The notes under the pieces: model-generated | Databases searched by the model: none | Seen by the model: the letters and a program-made list of their open reading frames with translations, nothing else | Told to the model about the DNA's origin: nothing | In this document: piece after piece, positions 35,855 to 43,740 of the stretch | How the letters are laid out: every line of letters starts with the position of its first letter | How positions within the stretch are numbered: the first letter of the stretch is position 1 | Assembly (NCBI GenBank): GCA_963774265.1 | Contig: CAVZDU010000007.1 | Location: forward strand, 256,001-320,000 | From: an uncultured Chloroflexia bacterium | Lineage (GTDB): Bacteria > Chloroflexota > Anaerolineae > CG2-30-64-16 | DNA length: 64,000 nucleotides | Direction: 5' to 3' | Translations under genes and position numbers: made by a program

Positions 35855-37723
35855 ATGGGCATACCCAAATCATGGCTGCGGCCGCCGCGCGCATTCAACG
35901 TGATGCCGTTCTGGTTCTGGAACGACGCGCTGGATGAGCGCGAGATTGTCAGGCAGATCGCAGATATGGCGGCGCACGGGGTCTATGGCTTTGTCATCCA
36001 CCCGCGTGTCGGCCTGCCGCGGGACCTTGGCTGGATGTCAGAGCGCCTGCTGCACTTCTACGATGTGGCGATCGAGGAGGCGTGGCGGCGCAACATGCAC
36101 GTCATCCTCTACGATGAAGGCATGTATCCCTCGGGGGCTTCCTCCGGTCAGGTGGTCGCGGCCAACCCTGCCTTCCGCTGCCGCTGCCTGGCCGCGCTTG
36201 ACCTGCCGAATGGGGGCGAGCCGGTCCTGGCCGGCGACGCCAACCTGGTCGCGGTGGTGCGCCGCGCCAATGGCCGCCGCATTGCGGTGATCGACCGGCC
36301 CGCGGACAGCGTCATCCGCGGCCTGCACTACGTCGACGCTGGGCCGGCCGAAGATGAGCCGCCGGCTGCTGATATCCTCAACCCCGCCGCGGTCGCCGAG
36401 TTCATCCGCCTCGTCTACGACAGGTTTGCGACGCGCTTCAGTCGGCACTTCGGCGACCGCTCCGGCGGAAGCTCGACCGGCACCATCACCGCGATCTTCA
36501 CCGATGAGCCTACGCCGTTAGGCCGGTGCCGCGAGCACGGAGTCGTTCCCGGCACGCGCGGCATCCTGCCGGAGGTGAGCCGCATCCTGGGCTACGATTT
36601 TACGCCTCATCTCCCGGCTTTGTGGTTCGACGATGAGCCGGGCGCGGCGCGCTACCGGGGAGAATACGACCTGGCCATCGGCAAACGCCTGGAGGAGACC
36701 TTCTATGCCCAGTTGTACGCCTGGTGTGAGGCGCACGGCGTGGCGCTGACGGGCCACCCGGCGCAGGGGTGCGATATCGGCCCGCTGCGATTTTTCCACG
36801 CTCCCGGTCAGGACCTGGTGTGGCGGCGGGTCCTGCCCGATGATCCGTCGGCGCTGGAGGGGTGCGAGTCGACGCAGGCCAAGTGCAGCTCGTCCGCCAT
36901 GCTGCACGGCGGTCGGCGGCGCAACGCCAACGAGTGCTGCGGCGCCTACGGCCACGAGCTCACCTGGGATGAGATGACCTGGTTGGCCCACTGGTGCTTC
37001 ATCCGCGGGGTCAACTGGCTCTTCCCCCACGCCTTCTACTACTCGGTGGCTGGCCCGCGCTGGGACGAGCGGCCGCCGGACGTCGGTCCCCACGCGGCCT
37101 GGTGGGGTCGTTACCGGGAATACGCGGGCGCCTGTCGCCGGTTGAGCTGGCTCAACACCGGCGGCAGGCACGTCTGCCACATCGCCATCTTGGGCCAGTC
37201 CAATGCCTTGCCCTGGCGGCCGGCGAAGGTCTGCCTGGAGCACCAGCGGGACTTCAACTACTTGGAAGAGCGCCACCTGTGGGAGGATGTCCGGGTAGAC
37301 GCCGGCGGCATCCGTCTGGCTGGCATGCACTACCGTGCGCTGATCATCGAGGGTCCGGTGGATGGGCGGGCGGATGCGGCGTTGGCCGTGCTGGAGCAGG
37401 CGGGGCGCCTCATCCGTTACGGCAGCGAGATGGCCGATGCAGCGCTGGTCCAGCGTCTGATCGAGCGCCTGGACGAGCTCGCGCCGCCGGACATCCGCAT
37501 CTTCCCCTCTCTGCCGGGGATACGGGTGCGCCACAGCGTGCGCGCTGGGCGCCACCTCTTCATGCTCTTCAACGAAAAGGCCTCCGCGGTCGAGATGGAG
37601 GTCGTCCTGCCGGTCACGGGCGAGGCGGCTATGTTCGATCCCTGGACAGGCGAGTCGGGCCCCCTGCCCGCCGGCAGCGGCCTGGTCCTACCGGGTCACG
37701 CGTTTCGTATCATCGTTGTGTGA
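35855..37723 (+). CDS. Glycoside hydrolase, GH106 / alpha-L-rhamnosidase-like
   Basis: PFWFWND, GFVIHPRVG, LYDEGMYPSG, IFTDEP, LTGH, ECCGAYG, GVNWLFPHAFYYS. Intact frame. Confidence 0.7.
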   Translation: MGIPKSWLRPPRAFNVMPFWFWNDALDEREIVRQIADMAAHGVYGFVIHPRVGLPRDLGWMSERLLHFYDVAIEEAWRRNMHVILYDEGMYPSGASSGQVVAANPAFRCRCLAALDLPNGGEPVLAGDANLVAVVRRANGRRIAVIDRPADSVIRGLHYVDAGPAEDEPPAADILNPAAVAEFIRLVYDRFATRFSRHFGDRSGGSSTGTITAIFTDEPTPLGRCREHGVVPGTRGILPEVSRILGYDFTPHLPALWFDDEPGAARYRGEYDLAIGKRLEETFYAQLYAWCEAHGVALTGHPAQGCDIGPLRFFHAPGQDLVWRRVLPDDPSALEGCESTQAKCSSSAMLHGGRRRNANECCGAYGHELTWDEMTWLAHWCFIRGVNWLFPHAFYYSVAGPRWDERPPDVGPHAAWWGRYREYAGACRRLSWLNTGGRHVCHIAILGQSNALPWRPAKVCLEHQRDFNYLEERHLWEDVRVDAGGIRLAGMHYRALIIEGPVDGRADAALAVLEQAGRLIRYGSEMADAALVQRLIERLDELAPPDIRIFPSLPGIRVRHSVRAGRHLFMLFNEKASAVEMEVVLPVTGEAAMFDPWTGESGPLPAGSGLVLPGHAFRIIVV

Positions 37724-37802
37724 AGTGCACCGTCGGAGTCGTCGCCGGACATGAGTTGAGGGGTTCGCCCGACGCTGGGCGGCTAGCCAAACGCGCTTGG
37801 AA

Positions 37803-37855
37803 AACAAAAAGCCCCCGCGATCACCAATCGCAGGAGCCACATTCGGGGACGACGG
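37803..37855 (-). repeat. att-like copy C: tRNA-Asp 3' end plus terminator
   Basis: AACAAAAAGCCCCCGCGA..TCGCAGGAGCCACATTCGGGGACGACGG aligns with 41770-41822. The core CGGGGACGACGG at 37844-37855 is identical. Confidence 0.85.
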
Positions 37856-38165
37856 AATTTACTCAATTTCTTGTAGAATGCACCGACATAACTCCCACCG
37901 CCCACGCGTGGTACCATCCTCGAACCGCCCCACCTCGTCAATTGGATCGTTTGACACGTATTCGATTGCCGTTCGTGGACAGGCCATCCTACAGAGGGGA
38001 CAAACCTCTGTGCCCACTTTATAGAGGGCGAACCTCTTTGCCCATTACTCGGTCGCGAAACGGAACCCTATGGCCAGCTGAGGGTCTTTCATCACCCCGG
38101 GGCGGCAAGCGGCGCGCCGGTAGAGATCAAACTGGGATGGAGCGGTATGCTCCTTGGCGGTCGGA

Positions 38166-39815
38166 TTATCTTGTCACCTTCGCCAGCGCCGCCAGATCCT
38201 CGGCATTGCTGATCAGGATGCCGTTCTCTGCGGCGAAGGTCAGGGCATCGGGGGTGAAGCCGGCCTGCGAGACACACCAGGGACGCGCCTGGAGCTCGGC
38301 CGCCGCGGTCAGGAGCTGTTCCAACTCACTGCGGCCGACCCGCTTCTGTCGCCACTTGACTTCGACCGCCCATCGTTCGCCGTTCTCTGCGAGCGCGTCG
38401 ATCTCCGTCTGGCCATCCGGCGACCGGTACGGTTCGATGCGCGTGAAGGCCGGCACGGGGATCGGGTCAGTCTGACCCAGGTAGGCGCCGGGGACGGTTC
38501 GTCCGGCCAGCTTGCGCAGCAACTCCCGCACTTCGCTTTCCTTGGCGCGGCCCAGTTGGGTCGAGGCGCGCGCGAACCGCTCAGCCAGGTCCGCCACCAG
38601 CGCCTTGAGCTCTTCCTGGCGCGGGAAGCCGTCGATTGCCACACCCTTCGTGGTCTGCGCCACCCAATAGCGGAACACCGGATCGGCGTAGAAATAGCGC
38701 CCTTGACGCTCCACTAACAGATCCACCTCCATCAAGCGCCTGAGGTAGTCGCGTGCAGCCGACGCCTGGCGCCGCACGCGGCTGGCGACCTCCGAGAGCG
38801 CCAGGCCATCTTCGATCGCCAGGATCTGGAGCAGCGCCTTGAGCACGCCATAGCCGCGCGCCTTCTGAAGCGAGATGTCGTACAGGTAGCGGCAGTAGCC
38901 ATAGATCTGGCCCCGATTTTCCAGCGCTTCCAACACGAACGCCTGACTGACCAACTCGGGCGAAACCGCTTCGGTCGCGCCTGCGGCCAACTCGCGCACG
39001 CGTTCAGCCAGCGCAGTGACATAGAAGGGGTGACCGAAGGTGTAGGTGTGAATCGCCGCCTGCGCCGCGGGCGACAGCCGGCCGACCAGCTTCTCGGTGA
39101 GCGCCTGTGTATCTTCCGGCGTGAAGGGGTGCAGCTCCAGCGCACGAAACTGGAGGAACAGGGGTGACTGGTGATCCTGCACGATGTGCTCGGTCGCGCT
39201 GACGGCTGACCCGGTAATGACATAAGCAACCCGGGTTTGGCGCTGCAGCGCAGCGCGGAAGTGCTTGAGCGGATCCCCGACACCGGGAAAACTGCCCAGG
39301 GTGAGCAACTCGGGGAACTCATCCAGGAAATACATGAGCGGCCGACCAAGCGCTTCAGCCAGGCGTTCGGGGAAGTCGAAAGCGATGTTGAGTAGAGTAG
39401 TATAGTCAACCTTTTGCTTGCCCATCTCGTTGATGAGCGCGGCTGCGGTGCGCGTAACCACCGACAGACTCCCCGCATTGGTCTGCATCAGGTCGGTGGC
39501 ACTAAGGTAGGGATCGGCTGGACCCTCCCCATGATCGACCGCCCAGAAGCAGGAGAGCCCAACATAGCGCTGCGTAAAGAGCTCCGGTGAACTGGCGAGG
39601 TCCTGCAGGTCGAGGTAGACGGGGATCACCTTGCCGCTCGCGTGCAGTCGGCGCATCTGTTCCTGGCAGACCAGCGTCTTCCCGATACGACGCAGGCCGA
39701 AAAGCGCCACGTGGCGCGGCCGGCCCACCAGCAGGTCATCGGCGACCAGCGCCAGGGTGGTCAGCTCGCTGACTCGATTGGTGAAGTAGGGGGGTGTGGT
39801 ATAGATGCCGGTCAT
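38166..39815 (-). CDS. Archaeal-type P-loop ATPase with winged HTH and C-terminal PD-(D/E)XK nuclease domain
   Basis: FTNRVSEL, GLRRIGKT (Walker A), FLDEFPEL (Walker B), TFGHPFY, LSEVASRV..YLRRLMEVDLL..DPVFRYW (wHTH), EIDALAE..AVEVKW (nuclease). GGAGG 8 nt before the ATG at 39815. Confidence 0.88.
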   Translation of the reverse strand: MTGIYTTPPYFTNRVSELTTLALVADDLLVGRPRHVALFGLRRIGKTLVCQEQMRRLHASGKVIPVYLDLQDLASSPELFTQRYVGLSCFWAVDHGEGPADPYLSATDLMQTNAGSLSVVTRTAAALINEMGKQKVDYTTLLNIAFDFPERLAEALGRPLMYFLDEFPELLTLGSFPGVGDPLKHFRAALQRQTRVAYVITGSAVSATEHIVQDHQSPLFLQFRALELHPFTPEDTQALTEKLVGRLSPAAQAAIHTYTFGHPFYVTALAERVRELAAGATEAVSPELVSQAFVLEALENRGQIYGYCRYLYDISLQKARGYGVLKALLQILAIEDGLALSEVASRVRRQASAARDYLRRLMEVDLLVERQGRYFYADPVFRYWVAQTTKGVAIDGFPRQEELKALVADLAERFARASTQLGRAKESEVRELLRKLAGRTVPGAYLGQTDPIPVPAFTRIEPYRSPDGQTEIDALAENGERWAVEVKWRQKRVGRSELEQLLTAAAELQARPWCVSQAGFTPDALTFAAENGILISNAEDLAALAKVTR

Positions 39816-39831
39816 GCGGATAACCTCCAAC

Positions 39832-39865
39832 TTAAGCCAAATGGCTTATAAGCCATTTGGCTTAA
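39832..39865. promoter_or_regulatory. Perfect 34-bp palindrome, candidate operator
   Basis: TTAAGCCAAATGGCTTATAAGCCATTTGGCTTAA lies between a minus-strand promoter (TTGACG 39897-39892, 18 bp, CATACT 39873-39868) and the RBS. Confidence 0.8.
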
Positions 39866-40024
39866 TCAGTATGCCACAGACCATCAAGTAGCGTCAAATC
39901 GGCGCGAGGGCAGCGCGACAGGCTTCCAAGTGAGTTGCCAATCATGAGCAACGGGGGCGCTCGGTTTTGGTTGGCGATGCCGCCATCTCGTCGCTGGAGT
40001 CATGCTGCGGCCGGTCGCGCACCA

Positions 40025-40215
40025 AATCTGCGCCAGGCACAGCCGCATGACCTCTTCCTCCGGATCACGGCTGCCGTCTATCCAGGCAACGCCGTCCCGG
40101 AAGGCGCGCATAACCTGCTCGTTGTCAGCCAAGGCCCTCGCGATGACGGTCTTGCCAATGCCGGTCATGCCGTAGAGGATCACCGCTCGCCAGCGCGCCT
40201 GGCGATAGTCAGTCA
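40025..40215 (-). pseudogene. NB-ARC / STAND NTPase fragment
   Basis: AVILYGMTGIGKTVIARALADNEQVMRAFRDGVAWID is an NB-ARC Walker A region, truncated on both sides. Boundaries are approximate. Confidence 0.65.
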
Positions 40216-40240
40216 AGGACTTGTGGCCGGTTATCATGTC

Positions 40241-40464
40241 GCGCTCGACGTGGCGACGCCGGTGACAATGCACCGCTACACCCTGAACCACACGACCGCG
40301 CCCATCGGTTGGGGCTACAACAACCCGCTGCGCTGGACGCAGCGCGTCCCGTTCATCTCCAGTCTGTACCAGGCGGCCACTGGGTCGGCCCGTCGGGGGT
40401 CGTCAACGTCGCCACTTCCGGCAAGCACGCCGCCGAACTGATCCTGCGAGACCTGCCCGCCTGA
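40241..40464 (+). pseudogene. C-terminal fragment of a phytoene-dehydrogenase-like FAD oxidoreductase
   Basis: DVATPVTMHRYTLN..GW..LYQA, then after a frameshift GHWVGPSGVVNVATSGKHAAELILRD, stop. This matches the typical C-terminus of the family, and the 5' part is absent. Confidence 0.65.
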
Positions 40465-40478
40465 CCGACGCCCTATTA

Positions 40479-40534
40479 GCAACAAGAACGCCTGCGAGCG
40501 CGGCTCACACGCGCCACATACGGGGACGACGGGG
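40479..40534 (-). repeat. att-like copy B: tRNA-Asp 3' end plus degenerate terminator
   Basis: GCAACAAGAACGCCTGCGAGCGCGGCTCACACGCGCCACATACGGGGACGACGGGG aligns with 41768-41824. The last 17 bp are identical. Confidence 0.85.
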
Positions 40535-40567
40535 GCGGAAGTCGTCTGTGCCAGAAGCGCTTCGTGT

Positions 40568-41512
40568 CTATGGCCCTACCTCGCTCTTTCCGATGCCAAC
40601 CGTATCTTTTAGGAAATCCGTAAGGTAGTTGCCAAGTACGCTCACGACTATCGCGACAAGGATCGCGGTCAGAAGGAAAGCGCCAACTCCCATTCGCTTT
40701 CGCACAAACTTCGCGTACTCGCCCCAGAGGAAGTTGTAGGGTGGAAAGAAGTACCACCAGAATAGAATGGCCCCGGCAATCAAGACCAGCAACCCCAGTG
40801 TAAACGCGTAACTCTTTAGCTGACGATTTACTGTGCTGTTGTACCAGAGAGCTGCGTCCCTGTCTTGCCTCAATTCCAGTTTCTTCATCTCGAAGACTGC
40901 CGCAATAGGATCGCTCAGTTCGCCGCTTTTCCACTTGGCTTCAAGGGCGGTTAATTCATCCACTTCTGAAGCTGGTCTCGGATAGGCGAGCGGCCCGGCA
41001 ACTTGATATGCGAAGGCCGCCAACGCCAGAAAGGCAATCACTAGCGGTATCAGGACCCAGCCAAGCGCTTTGATAGAACTGGGAGCGATTCGGCTAATCC
41101 GGCGTATTCGCTCTTCCACGATAGAGCGCGTCACAGACACCCAATCTTGGTCGTGACCCTCTATCCTGTATGTTATCGGCGTGGAGAGATACAAGGATTC
41201 AAACAAGCTCAAAGTATCGACGTTCATAAAGCTGACTTGAATTGCTGCTCGGGGATCTTCGATCCTGTCAAGGACCTTAATTAGCAGAAAGGTAATGGCA
41301 TTTTCGCCGCCGTTCTCTAGCGCTAAGACTTCTGCCAGTGTAGTACTTTGGATTATCACACGGTTCCTAAACCAAACGTCAATGCTAATCCTTGCCGTGC
41401 CTTCAGAAGTTGCCTTTCGTACCTGCTGCACCAGGCTGTCATGGAGCCTCTGCAATTGTTCTCGTGACAAGTCAAAGCCATGTGGATAGTTCTTCTGTAT
41501 CTGGCTGTTCAT
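40568..41512 (-). CDS. Orphan membrane protein (soluble N-terminal domain plus three TM helices)
   Basis: 314-aa intact ORF with atypical codon usage. An upstream extended -10 TGGTATAAT lies at 41709-41701. Confidence 0.75.
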   Translation of the reverse strand: MNSQIQKNYPHGFDLSREQLQRLHDSLVQQVRKATSEGTARISIDVWFRNRVIIQSTTLAEVLALENGGENAITFLLIKVLDRIEDPRAAIQVSFMNVDTLSLFESLYLSTPITYRIEGHDQDWVSVTRSIVEERIRRISRIAPSSIKALGWVLIPLVIAFLALAAFAYQVAGPLAYPRPASEVDELTALEAKWKSGELSDPIAAVFEMKKLELRQDRDAALWYNSTVNRQLKSYAFTLGLLVLIAGAILFWWYFFPPYNFLWGEYAKFVRKRMGVGAFLLTAILVAIVVSVLGNYLTDFLKDTVGIGKSEVGP

Positions 41513-41769
41513 TGGAATTGCGCTCCATTAATTTAGGAGAATTGCTGTCGGCTATGCCAGGTCGTGATGGCCTTAGGCGCGACGAGGGCGGTGGCAGTCC
41601 GTAGGACACCGCTCAAGCGGTCGTCGCTAGCCGAGAGCACGACCAGGAAGCAGAAGCATCATCTCTCGCGCCGATGCTCGCGGCCTTGTGTATGCTGTCG
41701 ATTATACCAAATCATGTAGGTTTCGAGAATTGGCGTGAAGGAGCATGATTGATAAGGAGGCGAATGGGC

Positions 41770-41805
41770 AACAAAAAGCCCCTGCGAGCACTACTCACAG
41801 GAGCC
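41770..41805 (-). terminator. Rho-independent terminator of tRNA-Asp
   Basis: Minus strand: GCTCCTGTGAG-TAGTG-CTCGCAGGGGC-TTTTTGTT. Confidence 0.8.
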
Positions 41806-41810
41806 ATATA

Positions 41811-41883
41811 CGGGGACGACGGGGCTCGAACCCGCGATCTTCGGCTTGACAGGCCGACATGTTAACCACTACACTACGTCCCC
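41811..41883 (-). tRNA. trnD: tRNA-Asp (GTC)
   Basis: GGGGACG acceptor pairs with CGTCCCC, the anticodon arm is TCGGC-CTGTCAA-GCCGA, and the T-arm has GGTTCGAGCC. 73 nt, CCA not encoded. Confidence 0.97.
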
Positions 41884-41926
41884 AGTTGTCTGACCGCTCA
41901 CGTCATTGTGACCGCCGACGCTTTGA

Positions 41927-41955
41927 TTTATATCATACCCGTTATTCCCCGTCAA
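41927..41955 (-). promoter_or_regulatory. Sigma70-type promoter of tRNA-Asp
   Basis: TTGACG-17 bp-TATAAA with a TG extension. Confidence 0.65.
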
Positions 41956-41988
41956 ATTGGATACCCGGTTCTTTTTTAGGAGCTCGAT

Positions 41989-42897
41989 TTGACCCCTTAT
42001 CTCGGTGAGTTGGCCGCGCTCGCCACGGCGACGCTGTGGGCCTTTTCTTCGATCGCATTCACCCTGGGCGGTCAACGCGTGGGGTCGGTGATCGTGAACC
42101 GCGCACGCCTGGTGATGGCCGTGGTGCTTCTCGGCGTCGCGCATTGGCTGCTGATCGGCAAGCTGTTCCCCTGGGACGCAGGACTGGATCGGTTTCTGTG
42201 GCTCGGCGCCTCGGGCCTGATTGGGCTGGTGATCGGCGATAGCATGCTGTTCCAGTGCTATGTCCTGGTCGGTGCACGCATCGGCGTGTTGCTGATGTCG
42301 CTGTCGCCGGTCGTCGGGACGCTCCTGGCTTGGGTGTTTCTGGGCGAGGTGCTCACACTGGGGGAAATCGGAGCGGTGGCACTGGCGCTCGCGGGGGTGA
42401 CCTGGGTGGTGCTGGAACGCGGCAAAGGCGGCGCTCCTGGCGCGGGGGAGGGTCGCAACTACGGCCGCGGCATCCTCTACGGGATCGGTGCGTCAGCATG
42501 CCAGGCAATCGGCCTAGTGGTGGCCAAGCCCGGCCTGGCCGACGGGTTCCCCGCGCTCTCTGCGACGATGATCCGCATGATGGCCGCAATGCTCGCCATG
42601 TGGCTGATCGCGACCGCAACCGGAACCGCGGGCCATACGATCCGCAGGGTGCGCGCCGATCGCCGGGCGGCGTTGGCGATTCTGGCCGGGTCCTTCATCG
42701 GGCCGTTCCTCGGCGTGTGGCTGTCGTTGATCGCGGTGCAATCCGCCCGGGTCGGCATCGCGTCGACCTTGATGGCGATGACCCCGGTCGTCTCACTTCC
42801 ACTGGTGCCCCTGTTCTTCAACGAACGCGTATCCCCGCGCGCGGTGCTCGGGACCCTCGTCGCAGTCGCCGGGATCGCACTGATGATCCTGCAGTAG
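41989..42897 (+). CDS. EamA/DMT family transporter
   Basis: About ten TM helices in two repeats (GLVIGD, FLGE, FNERVS). TTG start after AGGAG. Confidence 0.9.
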   Translation: MTPYLGELAALATATLWAFSSIAFTLGGQRVGSVIVNRARLVMAVVLLGVAHWLLIGKLFPWDAGLDRFLWLGASGLIGLVIGDSMLFQCYVLVGARIGVLLMSLSPVVGTLLAWVFLGEVLTLGEIGAVALALAGVTWVVLERGKGGAPGAGEGRNYGRGILYGIGASACQAIGLVVAKPGLADGFPALSATMIRMMAAMLAMWLIATATGTAGHTIRRVRADRRAALAILAGSFIGPFLGVWLSLIAVQSARVGIASTLMAMTPVVSLPLVPLFFNERVSPRAVLGTLVAVAGIALMILQ

Positions 42898-42973
42898 CGT
42901 CACCACCAGGGCACGAAGAAACGAAGCGGCACAAAGCTCCTTAGTGCAACTTTGAGTCTCTGTGTCTTCGTGG

Positions 42974-43264
42974 CTAGAGCATCTCGATCGTGTAGTCGGT
43001 GAGCTCGGCATCGAGCCGCCAGGCCGTGACGCTCTCTGCGACGCGTTCGAGCAGGCCGTGGACATAATCACTGCTGGCCGAGACCGCGGCCACCGAGATC
43101 ACGGTGTGTCCGAGCTGGTCCTGGTCCTCCACCTCCGCAACGGACACGTTGAAGTCGTTGCGGATGCGCGCGATGAGCGGCTTGACGATCCCGCGCTTCT
43201 CCTTTAGCGAGGAAACGCCGGGAATGTAGATCTCCAGGGTCAACAAACCCACCGATGCACTCAT
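42974..43264 (-). CDS. DUF503 (YlxP-like) protein
   Basis: SLKEKRGIVKPL..FNVSVAEV..QD. Confidence 0.88.
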   Translation of the reverse strand: MSASVGLLTLEIYIPGVSSLKEKRGIVKPLIARIRNDFNVSVAEVEDQDQLGHTVISVAAVSASSDYVHGLLERVAESVTAWRLDAELTDYTIEML

Positions 43265-43737
43265 GGCTGGATTTGGGCGTCCTGTTGCGCCAAGGCCTGC
43301 AGCGCCCGTTGTGCGAACTGGCGCTCGGAGAAGTAGGTCAGCTCACTCGCGGCAGTTGCCAGGTCGGGCGCCCAGCGCGGGACGAACTTGGCTTCGTCCG
43401 CATCAGGGCTGGTGAAATGGGGCGCGCCGCGAACGGGGTCGATCAGGCGCATGAGGAAGTAGTGCTCGGTGCGGCGGATATGCTCGAACTCATTTGTCCA
43501 CTCGGTGAGCGCTTCGCCCAAGTCCGCGCCGATCCCCACCCCACAGTAGCCGGTTTCCTCGCATACCTCGCGCAGCGCGGCCTCGGCATCCGTTTCGCCC
43601 GGCTCAACGTGGCCCTTGGGCAGGCGGATTTCGTACATCAGCTCACCCGAGCGCATCACCCACCGCTCGATCAGCAGGACGCGGCCCGCGTCATCCAGCA
43701 CCACACCACCGGCGGCAGTGTACTCCCGTTCTCGCAT
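43261..43737 (-). CDS. Nudix hydrolase
   Basis: Nudix box LPKGHVEPGETDAEAALREVCEETG. Confidence 0.9.
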   Translation of the reverse strand: MREREYTAAGGVVLDDAGRVLLIERWVMRSGELMYEIRLPKGHVEPGETDAEAALREVCEETGYCGVGIGADLGEALTEWTNEFEHIRRTEHYFLMRLIDPVRGAPHFTSPDADEAKFVPRWAPDLATAASELTYFSERQFAQRALQALAQQDAQIQP

Positions 43738-43740
43738 ATG

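Larger units (their letters stand above)
37856..40520. mobile_element. Decayed genomic islet 2 integrated at tRNA-Asp
   Basis: Bounded by att-like direct repeats C and B. Holds the ATPase-nuclease gene and two gene fragments. No integrase. Confidence 0.7.
40535..41810. mobile_element. Genomic islet 1 at tRNA-Asp (single cargo gene)
   Basis: Lies between att copy B and the intact tRNA and is visibly AT-richer than its flanks. No integrase. Confidence 0.7.

Noticed and set aside
36994-38475. 493-aa plus-strand ORF and other long overlapping ORFs (e.g. 14583..15794, 44632..45720, 60027..61097)
   Set aside because: These are shadow frames of real genes in GC-rich DNA, rich in Arg/Pro/Gly and without motifs.
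37803-41824. Repeats read as a CRISPR array or integron attC sites
   Set aside because: The copies are kilobases apart, match the tRNA 3' end and lack attC box structure. No cas or intI gene is present. The 37990-38044 pair has only two units.
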